Below, piece by piece: positions 9,757-20,786 of a stretch of 64,000 nucleotides of DNA; position 1 is the stretch's first letter, and every line of letters starts with the position of its first letter. Position numbers and translations under genes: made by a program. Under the pieces are notes generated by a model. The model was not told the DNA's origin. It saw only the letters and a list, made by a program, of their open reading frames with translations, and did not search any database. The stretch is taken from positions 5,542 through 69,541 of the forward strand of contig QCJE01000003.1 in NCBI GenBank assembly GCA_003216235.1, written 5' to 3'. The DNA comes from Pelagibacteraceae bacterium AG-404-P07 (GTDB lineage Bacteria > Pseudomonadota > Alphaproteobacteria > Pelagibacterales > Pelagibacteraceae).

Positions 9757-10875
9757 ATGAAAAAATTAATATTTAGAAACATAGCAAAAGATACCTTAAT
9801 TTTTTTCACAATAATGTGCTTTACAGTGGGTACAATTGTCTGGACTCTTCAGGCAGTTAATTATTTTGACTATGTCAGTCAAGATGGTCATGGTTTAAAA
9901 ACCTACTTTACATATATATTATTAAATTTTCCAAAAATAATTCATCGAATAATACCCTTTATTTTTTTTATCACACTTTTTTATATTTTAAATGAGTATG
10001 AGAATAAAAATGAATTACAGATATTTTGGACTTTTGGAATAAGTAAAATTGATTTCGCACATAAAATTTTATTAATCTCTATAGCAATAACAATACTGCA
10101 AATTTGTTTTGGTGGTTTTTTATCACCATATACACAATTAAAAGGCAGAGAAATGTTAAAAAATTCTAATATAGATTTATTTTCATCTTTGATTAGAGAA
10201 GGAAAGTTTATTAATGCTGCTGAAGGTTTAACTATTTTTATAGAAGATAGAAATCAAGATGGAAGTTTTTCTAATATCTTTTTAGATGATTCATCTAAAT
10301 CAGTAACAAAAATGATTTATGCTAAAAATGGAGTGATAATTGATAATGATAATAGAAAAGTTTTTCAACTGTTTGATGGAAAAGTAATTAACAAAGACAA
10401 AACAAAAGTTAATACATTTGAATTTGATCAAATAGATTTTAATTTAGCAGATTATAGATCCTCAACTATAATTGCTCCAAAAATTCAGGAAATAAATTCA
10501 CTTGTACTTTTGGATTGTTCAAATTTTTTTAGCTTCAAAAACTTAAAAATAAGTAAACCTGATACTTTTAAATGTAGGGAATCTATTATGCCTGAAATAA
10601 ATCAAGAAATATTTAAACGTTTCTTTAAACCATTTTTTATTCCAATTATTGCAATCTTAAGTTGTTTTTTAATTATTACACCAAAAAGCAATTATAAATA
10701 TGAGAGAAATAAAAAAATAATTTTTTTAGTTATATTTTTTACATTAATTTTATCCGAGGGATCTTTGCGATACTCAACTACATCTGTTTTGGCCACAACA
10801 TTATATTTAACAATACCATTAATATTTTTTTTAATTGTCTATATGTTTTTTTATAGGAATGTAAAATATGTTTAA
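9757..10875 (+). CDS. lptF: LPS export permease LptF
   Basis: Multi-pass membrane protein with a periplasmic beta-rich domain and NEL.I..TFGIS motif; first gene of the lptFGD-surA-pdxA-rsmA operon. Confidence 0.85.
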   Translation: MKKLIFRNIAKDTLIFFTIMCFTVGTIVWTLQAVNYFDYVSQDGHGLKTYFTYILLNFPKIIHRIIPFIFFITLFYILNEYENKNELQIFWTFGISKIDFAHKILLISIAITILQICFGGFLSPYTQLKGREMLKNSNIDLFSSLIREGKFINAAEGLTIFIEDRNQDGSFSNIFLDDSSKSVTKMIYAKNGVIIDNDNRKVFQLFDGKVINKDKTKVNTFEFDQIDFNLADYRSSTIIAPKIQEINSLVLLDCSNFFSFKNLKISKPDTFKCRESIMPEINQEIFKRFFKPFFIPIIAILSCFLIITPKSNYKYERNKKIIFLVIFFTLILSEGSLRYSTTSVLATTLYLTIPLIFFLIVYMFFYRNVKYV

Positions 10876-11947
10876 AACTTATGAAAAATATATTGTAAGA
10901 AATTTTATCAATAAATTTTTTACTATCAGTATAATTTTTTTTAGTTTAATAGTTTTGTTGAGTGTTCTTGAAGAAATATCTTTTTTTAAAAATTCTGATG
11001 TAAATTTTATATTGCCTTATTTGATAACTTTTCTTGGAGCGCCAATTACTCTTTTCGAAATTTTTCCATTCATTTTTTTAATTTCTACTCAATTTTTATT
11101 TTATGATCTTTTTAAAAAAGATGAATTGAATTTATTTAAGATAAATGGTCTAAGTAATTTAAAAATCATTAAAATTTTATCTATCTTATCATTTATTATT
11201 GGAATATTAACTGTTTTAATTTTTTATAATGCAGCTTCTAAATTAAAATTTTTTTATACAGATATAAAAAATCAATATTCAGATGGAAATAAATATTTAG
11301 CTGTAGTAACTGATAGTGGTTTATGGCTTAAAGATGAAATAGATGATTCTATTTTAATTATAAAAGCAACAAGTATTGAAAATAATTACCTTCTTGATGT
11401 TTTAATTAACGAATTTGATAATGATTTTAATTTAATTAATACAATTCAATCTAATAAAATTAATATTAAAAATCAATTATGGGTTATAGATGATCCGTTA
11501 ATTACAAAAAAAAATGTAACCGATAAAGAAACTAATCAATTAATTATTCAAACAAATTTTGATAAAGAAAAAATAAAAACTCTTTTTTCTAACATATCTA
11601 CTTTACACTTATTAGAGTTATTTGATCTTAAAAAAGATTATGAAAATTTAGGTTATTCATCAAATGAAATAACACAACATTTGCTAACCTTATTTTCGAC
11701 CCCTTTTTTCTACACAATTTTAACATTGTTATCCGCAATAATAATGTTCAATATGAGTAAAAATAAATCACTCTTTTTCCAAATAATATTTGGGGTTTCA
11801 ATGTCTGTAATAATTTACTATATAAATTTTATTTTTAATTCATTGGGAACAAATGGACAAATACCGCTTATAGCCTCAATATTTATGCCTCTTGTGCTTA
11901 TATCTATTGTTGCTTTTATTGGATTGATTAAGATTAATGAAAAATAA
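10868..11947 (+). CDS. lptG: LPS export permease LptG
   Basis: Paralog of the upstream gene (EL...KINGLS, GLWLKD); operon position. Confidence 0.85.
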   Translation: MFKTYEKYIVRNFINKFFTISIIFFSLIVLLSVLEEISFFKNSDVNFILPYLITFLGAPITLFEIFPFIFLISTQFLFYDLFKKDELNLFKINGLSNLKIIKILSILSFIIGILTVLIFYNAASKLKFFYTDIKNQYSDGNKYLAVVTDSGLWLKDEIDDSILIIKATSIENNYLLDVLINEFDNDFNLINTIQSNKINIKNQLWVIDDPLITKKNVTDKETNQLIIQTNFDKEKIKTLFSNISTLHLLELFDLKKDYENLGYSSNEITQHLLTLFSTPFFYTILTLLSAIIMFNMSKNKSLFFQIIFGVSMSVIIYYINFIFNSLGTNGQIPLIASIFMPLVLISIVAFIGLIKINEK

Positions 11948-14321
11948 TTTTTTAATACTTTTTTTGGTTTTTTTATTATTTAATAGTTCATCTAAAGCTT
12001 CTGAATTTAAATTTATTACATCAGAAATTAAAATTTTAGATGATGGAAATTATATTGAAGCATTTAATGGTAAAGCGATTTCAGAGGATAATGAGATTGA
12101 AATTCAAGCAAAAAAATTTGAATATAATAAAGATTTACAAATATTAAAAGCATTGAATGGTTTAGCGATATTTAAACCTGATAATATTGAAATTGAGTTT
12201 CAAGAAATACAAATAGATCAAAAAAATTCAATCATATCAACAAAAGAAGTTACAAAAATTAGAGATATTAATAGAAATTTATTCGTTGAAACTAATTTTA
12301 TAAATTATGATAAAAAAAATAAAATTTTAAAATCTAATTCAAATTCAATACTTAAAGATAAATTTAATAATTCTTTATCTTCAAAAAGTTTTAATTATGA
12401 TATTAAAAAAAATATTCTTAAAATTCAAAATTCAACCTTAAAAGACTCTAAAGATAATATATTTAATATCGAATTAGCTTTCATAAATACAAAATCAAAC
12501 AAACTATTTGGTAAAGATATTGAAATTGATTTAAATAATGAGTCTTTTAATCAAGAAAATGAACCTAGACTTAAGGGGAGAACTATAATTTATGAAAATG
12601 ATTATACTGAGGTTACAAAAGGTGTTTTTACAACGTGTAAAAAAAGAGATAATTGTCCTCCATGGCAACTATCTGCAAAAAAAATAAAACACGATAAAAA
12701 AAACAAATTAATTAGTTATAATAATGCAAAACTAAAAATTTATGACATTCCAGTTTTTTATTTCCCAAAATTTTTTCATCCAGACCCAACAGTAAAAAGA
12801 AAATCAGGTTTTTTAATTCCATCTCTAAAAAGCTCTACAAATAATACTGAAAATTATTTTTCAGTCCCCTATTTTCATGTAATAAGTGAAAATAAAGATT
12901 TAACATTGTCTCCCCGTCTTTATTCATCTGACAAAATATTGCTTCAAAGCGAGTACCGTCAAGTTAATGATAACAGTAATTCAATAGCTGATTTTAGTGT
13001 TTTTAAGGAAAAAAGTGAAAATACAAAAAGTCATTTATTTTATAATTTAGATAAAGATTTAAATTTTGATTATTTTGAAGACTCAAATTTAAAATTAAAA
13101 ATACAAAAAACTTCTAATGATACATATTTGAGGGCTCAAAATATTGAGTCTGAAATTATTGAAAATACAAATACATTAGAAAATTCTATAAATCTTGAAC
13201 TTTATTCCGATAATTTATCAATAGATGCCAATATAACTGCATTTGAAAATTTAGATAGAATTAGCTCTGATAGATATGAATTTATACCTCAAATTGATCT
13301 ATCAAAGAAACTTGATAACAAAACTAAATTCGATGGTGATTTTGTTTTTAATTCTAAAAATTTATTTAAAAATTATAATACAAATATTTTTGAAAAAATA
13401 AATATAAATGATTTAACTTTTAATTCATATCCAAAAATAACCAAGAACGGTTTTTACAATAATTATGAATTTATAATAAAAAATGCAAATACAGATGCTA
13501 AAAATTCTGAAAATTATAAAAATCAGGAAAGTCATTATTTATCAGGATTATTACAATTAAACTCTTCAATGCCATTGATAAAAGAGAATGATGATTATCA
13601 AAATATTCTAAATCCAAAGATAGCTCTAAAAATAAGTCCTGATTTTACAAAAAATAAAAATGATAGTTTCACTAGACTTGATGTAAATAATATTTTTGGA
13701 TTGAATAGACTTGCTTCTGAAGAGTCTTTGGAAGGAGGAATGTCGTTAACTTTTGGAAATGAATTTAAAAAAATTAACAAGAAGGATTCAAGAGAAAATT
13801 TAGTCTTTAAATTAGCTAACAATATAAGATTAAAAGATAATACGGACTTACCCACAACTAATCAAATGGGATTAAAAACATCAAATTTATTTGGAGAATT
13901 TGCTTATAATCCAAATGAATTTTTTACGACAAAGTATAATTTTTCAAAAAAAAATAACTTTGATGACATAACTTACGAAAGTATAACTACAGCATTTAAC
14001 TTGGGTAACTTTGTAACATCATTTGATTATATTAATGAAAATGACACTCAAGAAAAAACTTCATATTTACTCTCAAAATTAGAATATAGTCTTAATTCAT
14101 CTAGTAATATTTCATTTTCTACAAGAGAAAATAAAAAAACTGATTTAACTGAATACTATAACTTTATGTACCAATACAAAAATGATTGTTTAGCAGCATC
14201 TGTTGAATATAACAAAAGCTACTACGATGATAGAGATATCAAACCTGAAGAAAGTATCTTTTTTAAATTAACTATTATGCCTTTTGGTCAAATTGCGAGT
14301 ACGCCAGATTTAATTGAATAA
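11937..14321 (+). CDS. lptD: LPS assembly outer-membrane protein LptD
   Basis: Signal peptide; motifs FTTC...CPPWQL, PVFYFPKFFHPDPTVKRKSGFLIP and C-terminal YKNDCL. Confidence 0.92.
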   Translation: MKNNFLILFLVFLLFNSSSKASEFKFITSEIKILDDGNYIEAFNGKAISEDNEIEIQAKKFEYNKDLQILKALNGLAIFKPDNIEIEFQEIQIDQKNSIISTKEVTKIRDINRNLFVETNFINYDKKNKILKSNSNSILKDKFNNSLSSKSFNYDIKKNILKIQNSTLKDSKDNIFNIELAFINTKSNKLFGKDIEIDLNNESFNQENEPRLKGRTIIYENDYTEVTKGVFTTCKKRDNCPPWQLSAKKIKHDKKNKLISYNNAKLKIYDIPVFYFPKFFHPDPTVKRKSGFLIPSLKSSTNNTENYFSVPYFHVISENKDLTLSPRLYSSDKILLQSEYRQVNDNSNSIADFSVFKEKSENTKSHLFYNLDKDLNFDYFEDSNLKLKIQKTSNDTYLRAQNIESEIIENTNTLENSINLELYSDNLSIDANITAFENLDRISSDRYEFIPQIDLSKKLDNKTKFDGDFVFNSKNLFKNYNTNIFEKININDLTFNSYPKITKNGFYNNYEFIIKNANTDAKNSENYKNQESHYLSGLLQLNSSMPLIKENDDYQNILNPKIALKISPDFTKNKNDSFTRLDVNNIFGLNRLASEESLEGGMSLTFGNEFKKINKKDSRENLVFKLANNIRLKDNTDLPTTNQMGLKTSNLFGEFAYNPNEFFTTKYNFSKKNNFDDITYESITTAFNLGNFVTSFDYINENDTQEKTSYLLSKLEYSLNSSSNISFSTRENKKTDLTEYYNFMYQYKNDCLAASVEYNKSYYDDRDIKPEESIFFKLTIMPFGQIASTPDLIE

Positions 14322-15247
14322 TGTTTAAATTAATTTTTTATAAAATTTTATTCTTATTTTTCATCTCAATATCACAATCTTACGGTGAAAATGTTTTTAT
14401 AAAAGTTAATGTGGATGATAATATAATTACTAATATTGATATTAAAAAAGAAATTAATTACTTAATAGTCTTAAATCCAAAATTATTAGAATTAGATGAA
14501 AATAGTAAAGAAGAAATTGCTAAAAAATCAATAATCAAAGAAATAATTAAAAAAAAAGAAATTATAAAATTTATTGATTTTAAGAAAAAAAATTCACTGG
14601 AAGACGAAATGTTAAAAAATTTATATAATAAATCAAATATCAATCAAAATGAATTTGAAAAAATTTTATTAGAAAAAGATAGTTACAATATAGAAGAAAT
14701 AAAAGAAAAGTTAAAAATTGAGATATTTTGGAATGATTTAATATATTTGAAATTTAAAGAACAAATTAAAATTGACGAAAGAGAACTCTCCAAAAAAATA
14801 GAAAAGTTATCAGATAAAGATATCAAAGAATATTCATTATCAGAAATTGTTTTTGAAAAAAAAAAAGATGAGAGCCTTGATGTGTTAATGAAAAGAATAA
14901 ATTCAAGCATTGAGAGTATAGGATTTGAAAATACAGCAAACATTTATAGTATATCTGATAGTGCGAAGTTTGGTGGAAAAATTGGCTCAATAAAAGAATC
15001 AAATTTATCAAAAAAAATTATTGATGAAATTGATAATTTAAAACAAGGCCAACATTCTAAAGTAATACAAATTGGTAATAATTTTTTAATTTTGAAAATA
15101 GATAGAATTGATTTGAAAAAATTAGAAATAGATAAAAATAAAGAATTAGAAAAAATGATTAAATTTGAAACTAATAGGCAATTAAATAAATTCTCAAAAA
15201 TATATTTTAGTAAATCGAAGATAAATTATATTATTAATGAAAAATAA
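14321..15247 (+). CDS. surA: SurA-like periplasmic chaperone/PPIase
   Basis: VDDNIITNIDI and a parvulin-like FENTANIYSISDSAKFGGKIG segment; lies between lptD and pdxA. Confidence 0.8.
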   Translation: MFKLIFYKILFLFFISISQSYGENVFIKVNVDDNIITNIDIKKEINYLIVLNPKLLELDENSKEEIAKKSIIKEIIKKKEIIKFIDFKKKNSLEDEMLKNLYNKSNINQNEFEKILLEKDSYNIEEIKEKLKIEIFWNDLIYLKFKEQIKIDERELSKKIEKLSDKDIKEYSLSEIVFEKKKDESLDVLMKRINSSIESIGFENTANIYSISDSAKFGGKIGSIKESNLSKKIIDEIDNLKQGQHSKVIQIGNNFLILKIDRIDLKKLEIDKNKELEKMIKFETNRQLNKFSKIYFSKSKINYIINEK

Positions 15248-16181
15248 ACCAATTCTTATAGTCGCAGGCGAGCCTAAGGGTATTTTTTTGGAAATATTTT
15301 TTAAATCAATTAAAAAAAATAGATTTCAAAGTCCATTGGTTTTAATCGCATCAAAAAAAATAGTTTTTTCTCAAATGAAAAGATTTAAATATTCAAAAAA
15401 AATCAATTTAATTGATTTAAAAAATTTGAATAAACTTTCGCTAAATAATAAAACTTTAAATTTAATTGATGTATCTTGTAAAAACTTAAATAATACAAGC
15501 TCTTATATAAAAAACTGTTTTGATATTTCTTTTAAAATTCTCAAAAATAGATTTACTAATAAACTAATTAATGGACCAATTAATAAATCAAAATTTCTCA
15601 ATAAAAAATTTCTTGGTATAACAGAATATATTGCACATAAATTTCATTCAAAAAAAGTTGCGATGTTAATTTATAATAAAGAATTATCTGTCTGCCCTAT
15701 TACCACTCATATTCCATTAAAATTAGTAAATAAAAGAATTAATAAAAAGATAATTGAAGAAAAAGTAATTTTAATAAATAATTTTTATAAAAAAAATTTT
15801 GGATTTACTCCAAAATTAGCAATTACAGGACTCAATCCACATTGTGAAAGTATACTTAAATTTAGTGAAGATCTCAAAATTATAAGACCTGCTGTAAGAT
15901 CTTTGGTAAAAAAAGGATATAAAATCAAAGGTCCATTTGCAGCTGACACAATCTTTTTGAAACAAAATAGATTGAATTATGATGTAATTTTAGGAATGTA
16001 TCATGATCAAGTGCTTACACCAATTAAAACACTTCATGAATATAATGCAGTTAACATAACATTGGGATTGCCTTTTTATCGATTATCTCCAGATCATGGA
16101 CCAAATAAAAAAATGTTTAACAAAAATTTATCAAATCCATTAAGCTTAATACAGTCAATTAAATTTTTAGATAAAAGGTGA
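15237..16181 (+). CDS. pdxA: 4-hydroxythreonine-4-phosphate dehydrogenase
   Basis: Motifs GEPKGI, GLNPH, GPFAADT, MYHDQVL and NITLGLPFYRLSPDHG. Confidence 0.93.
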   Translation: MKNKPILIVAGEPKGIFLEIFFKSIKKNRFQSPLVLIASKKIVFSQMKRFKYSKKINLIDLKNLNKLSLNNKTLNLIDVSCKNLNNTSSYIKNCFDISFKILKNRFTNKLINGPINKSKFLNKKFLGITEYIAHKFHSKKVAMLIYNKELSVCPITTHIPLKLVNKRINKKIIEEKVILINNFYKKNFGFTPKLAITGLNPHCESILKFSEDLKIIRPAVRSLVKKGYKIKGPFAADTIFLKQNRLNYDVILGMYHDQVLTPIKTLHEYNAVNITLGLPFYRLSPDHGPNKKMFNKNLSNPLSLIQSIKFLDKR

Positions 16182-16966
16182 TTAAAGCTAAAAAAAGTTT
16201 AGGTCAAAATTTTTTAATAGATAAAAATATTATTAATAAGATAGTAAACACTATAGATATTAAAAATAGATATATTCTTGAAATTGGACCAGGTACTGGA
16301 AATTTAACTTCATCATTATTAGAAAAGAGTCCTAAAAAATTTTATGTAATTGAAAAAGATACTCAGCTTTCTTTAAAGCTTAAAGAAAAATTTAAAGACG
16401 AATTAATAATTATTAATGATGATATCTTAAAGATAAATGAAAATCTTATAAGTGATAAAGAATTGATTGTTTTTGGAAATTTACCTTATAATATTTCAAC
16501 TGAAATTCTATGTAAGTGGATATTAAATTTGGATAGTCAAAATCTTTGGTTTAGTAATTTAGTTTTAATGTTCCAAAAAGAAGTGGCAGATAGAATTATT
16601 TCAAAATTTAACTCACCTAATTATGGTAGACTATCAATCCTTGCCAAATGGCGATTAGAAATTAAGAAAATTACAGATATTAAACCAAATTGTTTTTTTC
16701 CAAAACCAAAAGTCGATAGTTCTCTTTTGTTTTTTTCACCAAAAACAAAGTTTACTAAATTTAATAATCCAAAAAATCTAGAAAAAATTACAAGAGTTTT
16801 TTTTAATCATCGTCGTAAAATGATAAAAAAACCATTTAATAAAATGTTTCCAAAAAAAGAAGAATTATTAAATAAACTTCAAATTAGTTTAAATTTAAGA
16901 CCGCATAATCTTGATTTTGAAACCTATTATAATTTAACAAGTGAATTTGAAAAATTACAGGGTTAG
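16178..16966 (+). CDS. rsmA: 16S rRNA m6,2A dimethyltransferase KsgA
   Basis: Motifs [25 protein letters not shown] and MFQKEVADR; GTG start. Confidence 0.96.
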   Translation: MIKAKKSLGQNFLIDKNIINKIVNTIDIKNRYILEIGPGTGNLTSSLLEKSPKKFYVIEKDTQLSLKLKEKFKDELIIINDDILKINENLISDKELIVFGNLPYNISTEILCKWILNLDSQNLWFSNLVLMFQKEVADRIISKFNSPNYGRLSILAKWRLEIKKITDIKPNCFFPKPKVDSSLLFFSPKTKFTKFNNPKNLEKITRVFFNHRRKMIKKPFNKMFPKKEELLNKLQISLNLRPHNLDFETYYNLTSEFEKLQG

Positions 16967-17587
16967 TTTTTCAACATGAGCTCTAATAAAATTAGAATCA
17001 TAATCTTTAGATCCACCTTCTATTTCTGCTTTAATTAAATTTAAAATTTTTGAATAACAACTTTCTAAATTTTCATTAATCACTACATAGTCATAATTTA
17101 TCCAATGAAGAACATCTCGACTAAATTGATTCATTCTTTCTTCTGCAGTTAATATATCGTCCGTATGACGATTAGATAATCTTTCAAATAAAACTTCTTT
17201 GCTTGGTGGTAAAATAAAAAAAGTAATTAATTTATAGTCTAATTTTTTATTCTTTATCTGGTCAGCACCTTGCCAGTCAATATCAAATAAAACATTTTTT
17301 CCTTTATCTAACTTGTCTATAACTGGAGTTCTAGTTGTTCCGTAAAGATTATTAAAAACTTTCGCGTATTCTAAAAATTCTTCATTTTTTATTAATCTTT
17401 TAAACTTTTCCTCTGACACAAAATAATAATCTTGGTCTTCTGTCTCGTTTGATCTTGGTTTTCTGGTTGTATGTGAAATTGAGATCTCAAAGTTTTCTAA
17501 CTTTGACAAAAGGCTCACTAGAGTTGTTTTTCCTGCTCCCGAAGGAGAGGACAAAATAATCATTACCCCATCATTGTCTGTGGGCAT
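16955..17587 (-). CDS. gmk: Guanylate kinase
   Basis: Motifs [18 protein letters not shown] and DIDWQGA. Confidence 0.97.
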   Translation of the reverse strand: MPTDNDGVMIILSSPSGAGKTTLVSLLSKLENFEISISHTTRKPRSNETEDQDYYFVSEEKFKRLIKNEEFLEYAKVFNNLYGTTRTPVIDKLDKGKNVLFDIDWQGADQIKNKKLDYKLITFFILPPSKEVLFERLSNRHTDDILTAEERMNQFSRDVLHWINYDYVVINENLESCYSKILNLIKAEIEGGSKDYDSNFIRAHVEKLTL

Positions 17588-17593
17588 TAAAAT

Positions 17594-17833
17594 TTAGTTG
17601 GCTTTTCCTTCTATAAATTTTACTGCATCACCAACAGTTAAAATTTTTTCTGCTTCACTATCAGATATCTCTGAACCAAATTCTTCTTCGAAAGCCATTA
17701 CTAATTCTACCGTATCTAGACTATCTGCTCCTAAGTCATCAATAAAACTAGACTCTTCAGTTACTTTTGCCTCATCTATACCTAAATGATCTGCTACAAT
17801 TTTTTTTACTTTACTTGAAACATCTTCTGACAT
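17594..17833 (-). CDS. acpP: Acyl carrier protein
   Basis: [20 protein letters not shown] phosphopantetheine attachment motif. Confidence 0.98.
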   Translation of the reverse strand: MSEDVSSKVKKIVADHLGIDEAKVTEESSFIDDLGADSLDTVELVMAFEEEFGSEISDSEAEKILTVGDAVKFIEGKAN

Positions 17834-17880
17834 TATGATCCTTTTGTTTTAAATCGTTAATAGTTTAATTAACTATTTTG

Positions 17881-18618
17881 TCAAGCCATATACATCCCTC
17901 CATTAACATGTAAAGTCTCACCATTAATATAGTCTGATTGGTCTGAAATTAAAAAAAGAACAGCATTTGCAATATCTTTTGGCTCTCCTAATCTTCCAGA
18001 GGGGATTTTGGATATTATTGTTTCCTTAAATTTACCATCTATTTTATCTGTCATTGCAGTTTTAATAAAGCCGGGTGAAATACAATTAATATTTATATTT
18101 TTTTTACCATATTCTAAGGCTAGGCTTTTTGACATTGCTATTATTCCTGCTTTAGATGCTGTGTAATTTGTTTGTCCTAAATTTCCAGTATGCCCTACAA
18201 CCGAAGTAATATTGATAATTTTTCCAGATTTATTTTTAAGCATCTTTTTTATTGAAAACTTGCTTAACAAAAATGTGGAAGTTAAATTTATATCTATAAC
18301 TTTTTTCCATTCATCTATACTCATTCTAATAGCCAAATTATCTTGTGTTACTCCAGCATTGTTTACAATACAGTCCAAAGTTCCACCAAGTTGATCGGTT
18401 GCTTTTTCAATAAATTCTTCAATTTTTGTACTTTGTGAAATATCAAATTTTAAAATCTTTATATTATTTAATTTTGATTTCAATTCTTCTAACTTTTCAA
18501 GCTTAGTTCCTGACGCTAAAATATTTGCACCTTTTTCATTTAATTTTTCAACTATTGAGTTTCCAATACCTCCAGAGGCACCTGTTACAATAATATTTTT
18601 ATTATTCAAATCACTCAT
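17881..18618 (-). CDS. fabG: 3-oxoacyl-ACP reductase
   Basis: Motifs TGASGGIG, NNAG, NYTASKAG and PGFIKTAMT; lies between fabD and acpP. Confidence 0.95.
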   Translation of the reverse strand: MSDLNNKNIIVTGASGGIGNSIVEKLNEKGANILASGTKLEKLEELKSKLNNIKILKFDISQSTKIEEFIEKATDQLGGTLDCIVNNAGVTQDNLAIRMSIDEWKKVIDINLTSTFLLSKFSIKKMLKNKSGKIINITSVVGHTGNLGQTNYTASKAGIIAMSKSLALEYGKKNININCISPGFIKTAMTDKIDGKFKETIISKIPSGRLGEPKDIANAVLFLISDQSDYINGETLHVNGGMYMA

Positions 18619-19541
18619 ATATTTAAATCTTTTATATCATTCTCGTTATTTATTGTATTAATTTTTACATTTTTATCTATTCTTTTAACTAATCCAGATA
18701 AAACTTTTCCTGGACCTATTTCAATAAAGTGGTCAACTCCTTTATTTATCATATTTAAAACACTTTCTCTCCATCTTACTCTTTTTTCAATTTGATCAAC
18801 TAATAGTTTTTTTAATTCCTCTTTATTTGAAATTTCATTAGCAGTAACATTTGAAATCAATATCTTCTTACCACTCATAAAATCTAATTTTTCAATTTCT
18901 GTTTTCATTACTTCAGTTGCTTTGCTCATTAGATTACAATGAAATGGAGCACTAACTGGTAATTTAATATTCTTAATTTTTTCCATCTTCAAAATTTCAA
19001 TTAATTTTTCAAGGTCGTTATTTTTTCCACTTAAAACAATTTGACCCTCTGAGTTATCATTGGCTATCTGAATAATAAATTTATTTTGATTTTCTTTTAA
19101 AATTTTTTCTACAACTTTAACTGTTGATCCTAATACAGCTAACATACCACCCTCTCCATCTGGGACAGCGTTTTGCATGGCATCACCTCTAGTTCTTAAG
19201 AGTTTAATCGTATTTGAAAAACTAAGGTATTCAGCAGAAGACAAAGCAGAATATTCGCCTAGTGAATGCCCAGCAAAGTATTTTGCATTATTAAGATTAA
19301 TATTTAACTCTTTTGTTAAAACACTAAAAATTGAATAACTAATTAAAAAAATTGCTGGTTGAGTATTTATAGTTAAGTTTAATTGATCTTTTGGCCCCTC
19401 TAAAATAAGCTTTGATAAATTTAACTTCAAAACATCATCGGCTTCTTTAAATAGATTTTTTACTAAACTATATCTATCAAAAAATTCTTTTCCCATTCCA
19501 ACTAACTGAGATCCTTGACCTGGAAAAATTACTGAAAACAT
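18615..19541 (-). CDS. fabD: Malonyl-CoA:ACP transacylase
   Basis: Motifs FPGQGSQ, AGHSLGEYSAL, VSAPFHC and EIGPGKVLSGL. Confidence 0.97.
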   Translation of the reverse strand: MFSVIFPGQGSQLVGMGKEFFDRYSLVKNLFKEADDVLKLNLSKLILEGPKDQLNLTINTQPAIFLISYSIFSVLTKELNINLNNAKYFAGHSLGEYSALSSAEYLSFSNTIKLLRTRGDAMQNAVPDGEGGMLAVLGSTVKVVEKILKENQNKFIIQIANDNSEGQIVLSGKNNDLEKLIEILKMEKIKNIKLPVSAPFHCNLMSKATEVMKTEIEKLDFMSGKKILISNVTANEISNKEELKKLLVDQIEKRVRWRESVLNMINKGVDHFIEIGPGKVLSGLVKRIDKNVKINTINNENDIKDLNI

Positions 19542-19629
19542 CTAAAAAAAACCTATTTTATTTGTCCTTTTTGCTATTGTAATTGAATAATTATAATAGT
19601 ATATCCTCATTTTTTATTAAAGAACTTAA

Positions 19630-19983
19630 ATGAATTTTTACGAGCATACAATTATAGCTAGACAAGACACTTCTCCAAGTGAACTGAAGCAGTTAACTGA
19701 GAAATATTCAAAAATTATTACAAAAAATGATGGTGAAATTGTTAAAACTGAAGACTGGGGTCTTTTAAATCTATCCCATTTGATTAAGAAAAATAAGAAA
19801 GGGAGTTACATTCATTTTAAGATCAAAGGTAAAGGTAAAATTATAAATGAGCTTGAAAAAAATGAATCTTTAGACAAAAAACTATTAAGATATTTAACAG
19901 TAAAAGTTAAAAAATTTGATTTGGAAACTAATTATTTCTCTAAAAAAGAAGAAAATCAAATCAAGGAAAGTGTTAAAAACTAA
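19630..19983 (+). CDS. rpsF: 30S ribosomal protein S6
   Basis: [10 protein letters not shown]...EDWGL...Y pattern; first gene of rpsF-rpsR-rplI. Confidence 0.93.
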   Translation: MNFYEHTIIARQDTSPSELKQLTEKYSKIITKNDGEIVKTEDWGLLNLSHLIKKNKKGSYIHFKIKGKGKIINELEKNESLDKKLLRYLTVKVKKFDLETNYFSKKEENQIKESVKN

Positions 19984-19985
19984 AC

Positions 19986-20258
19986 ATGGCAAAAAGACAA
20001 AGCGGAAATAAAAAAAACAAACAAAGCAACTTTTCAAAACTAAGTATTTTTCAACCAAATAAATATAAATTTAAAAGAAGTTGTCCGCTGTCTGCAAAAG
20101 GAGCGCCAAAAATAGATTATAAAAATATTAAATTATTGAAAAAATATGTTTCAGAAAATGGAAAGATATTGCCTTCAAGAATAACAAATGTTAGTCAAAA
20201 AAAACAAAGAGAGCTATCATTATCAATTAAAAGAGCTAGAAATTTAGCGTTATTATAA
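19986..20258 (+). CDS. rpsR: 30S ribosomal protein S18
   Basis: IDYKN...[12 protein letters not shown]...[17 protein letters not shown]. Confidence 0.96.
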   Translation: MAKRQSGNKKNKQSNFSKLSIFQPNKYKFKRSCPLSAKGAPKIDYKNIKLLKKYVSENGKILPSRITNVSQKKQRELSLSIKRARNLALL

Positions 20259-20259
20259 G

Positions 20260-20715
20260 ATGAAAGTAATTTTATTAGAAAATATTAAAAGAGTTGGAGC
20301 TATTGGTGAAATTAAAGATGTAAAAAGAGGTTTTGCAAGAAATTTTTTAATAGCAAATAAGAAAGCACTATATGCTTCAAAAGAAAATATAAACCAAGTA
20401 GAAAAAATCAAAAATGATCTTGCAAAAAAAGATAACGAAAAAAAACAACAATCCAAGGCAATAGCAGAAAAAATAAATAGAAAAAAATATACAGTTCAAA
20501 AACTTTGTACTGAAACTAAAGAGCTTTATGGCTCTGTTAAACCTACAGAAATTTCAAAACTAATTAAAGAAATTGATAATATTGAGATAAAGCCTTCAAT
20601 GATACAGCCAACAAAAGAAATTAAATCTATTGGTAACTATAAAGTAAAAATTACTCTACACTCTGAAGTTGATGCAGAAATTACTTTAAATGTTGAGTCT
20701 TCTGAGACCATATAA
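20260..20715 (+). CDS. rplI: 50S ribosomal protein L9
   Basis: MKVILLE...G...VKRGFARNFLI and LYGSV motifs. Confidence 0.96.
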   Translation: MKVILLENIKRVGAIGEIKDVKRGFARNFLIANKKALYASKENINQVEKIKNDLAKKDNEKKQQSKAIAEKINRKKYTVQKLCTETKELYGSVKPTEISKLIKEIDNIEIKPSMIQPTKEIKSIGNYKVKITLHSEVDAEITLNVESSETI

Positions 20716-20786
20716 TAATTATACAATTTTTTCCCCAGCTTTTTTTTAAATTTTGTTTCTTTTTTTTTCGTGTAAATTAAAAAAAA

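Noticed and set aside
20728-20740. DnaA-box-like TTTTCCCCA upstream of dnaB
   Set aside because: It is a single copy with a mismatch inside a T-rich tract, which is not enough to support a call.
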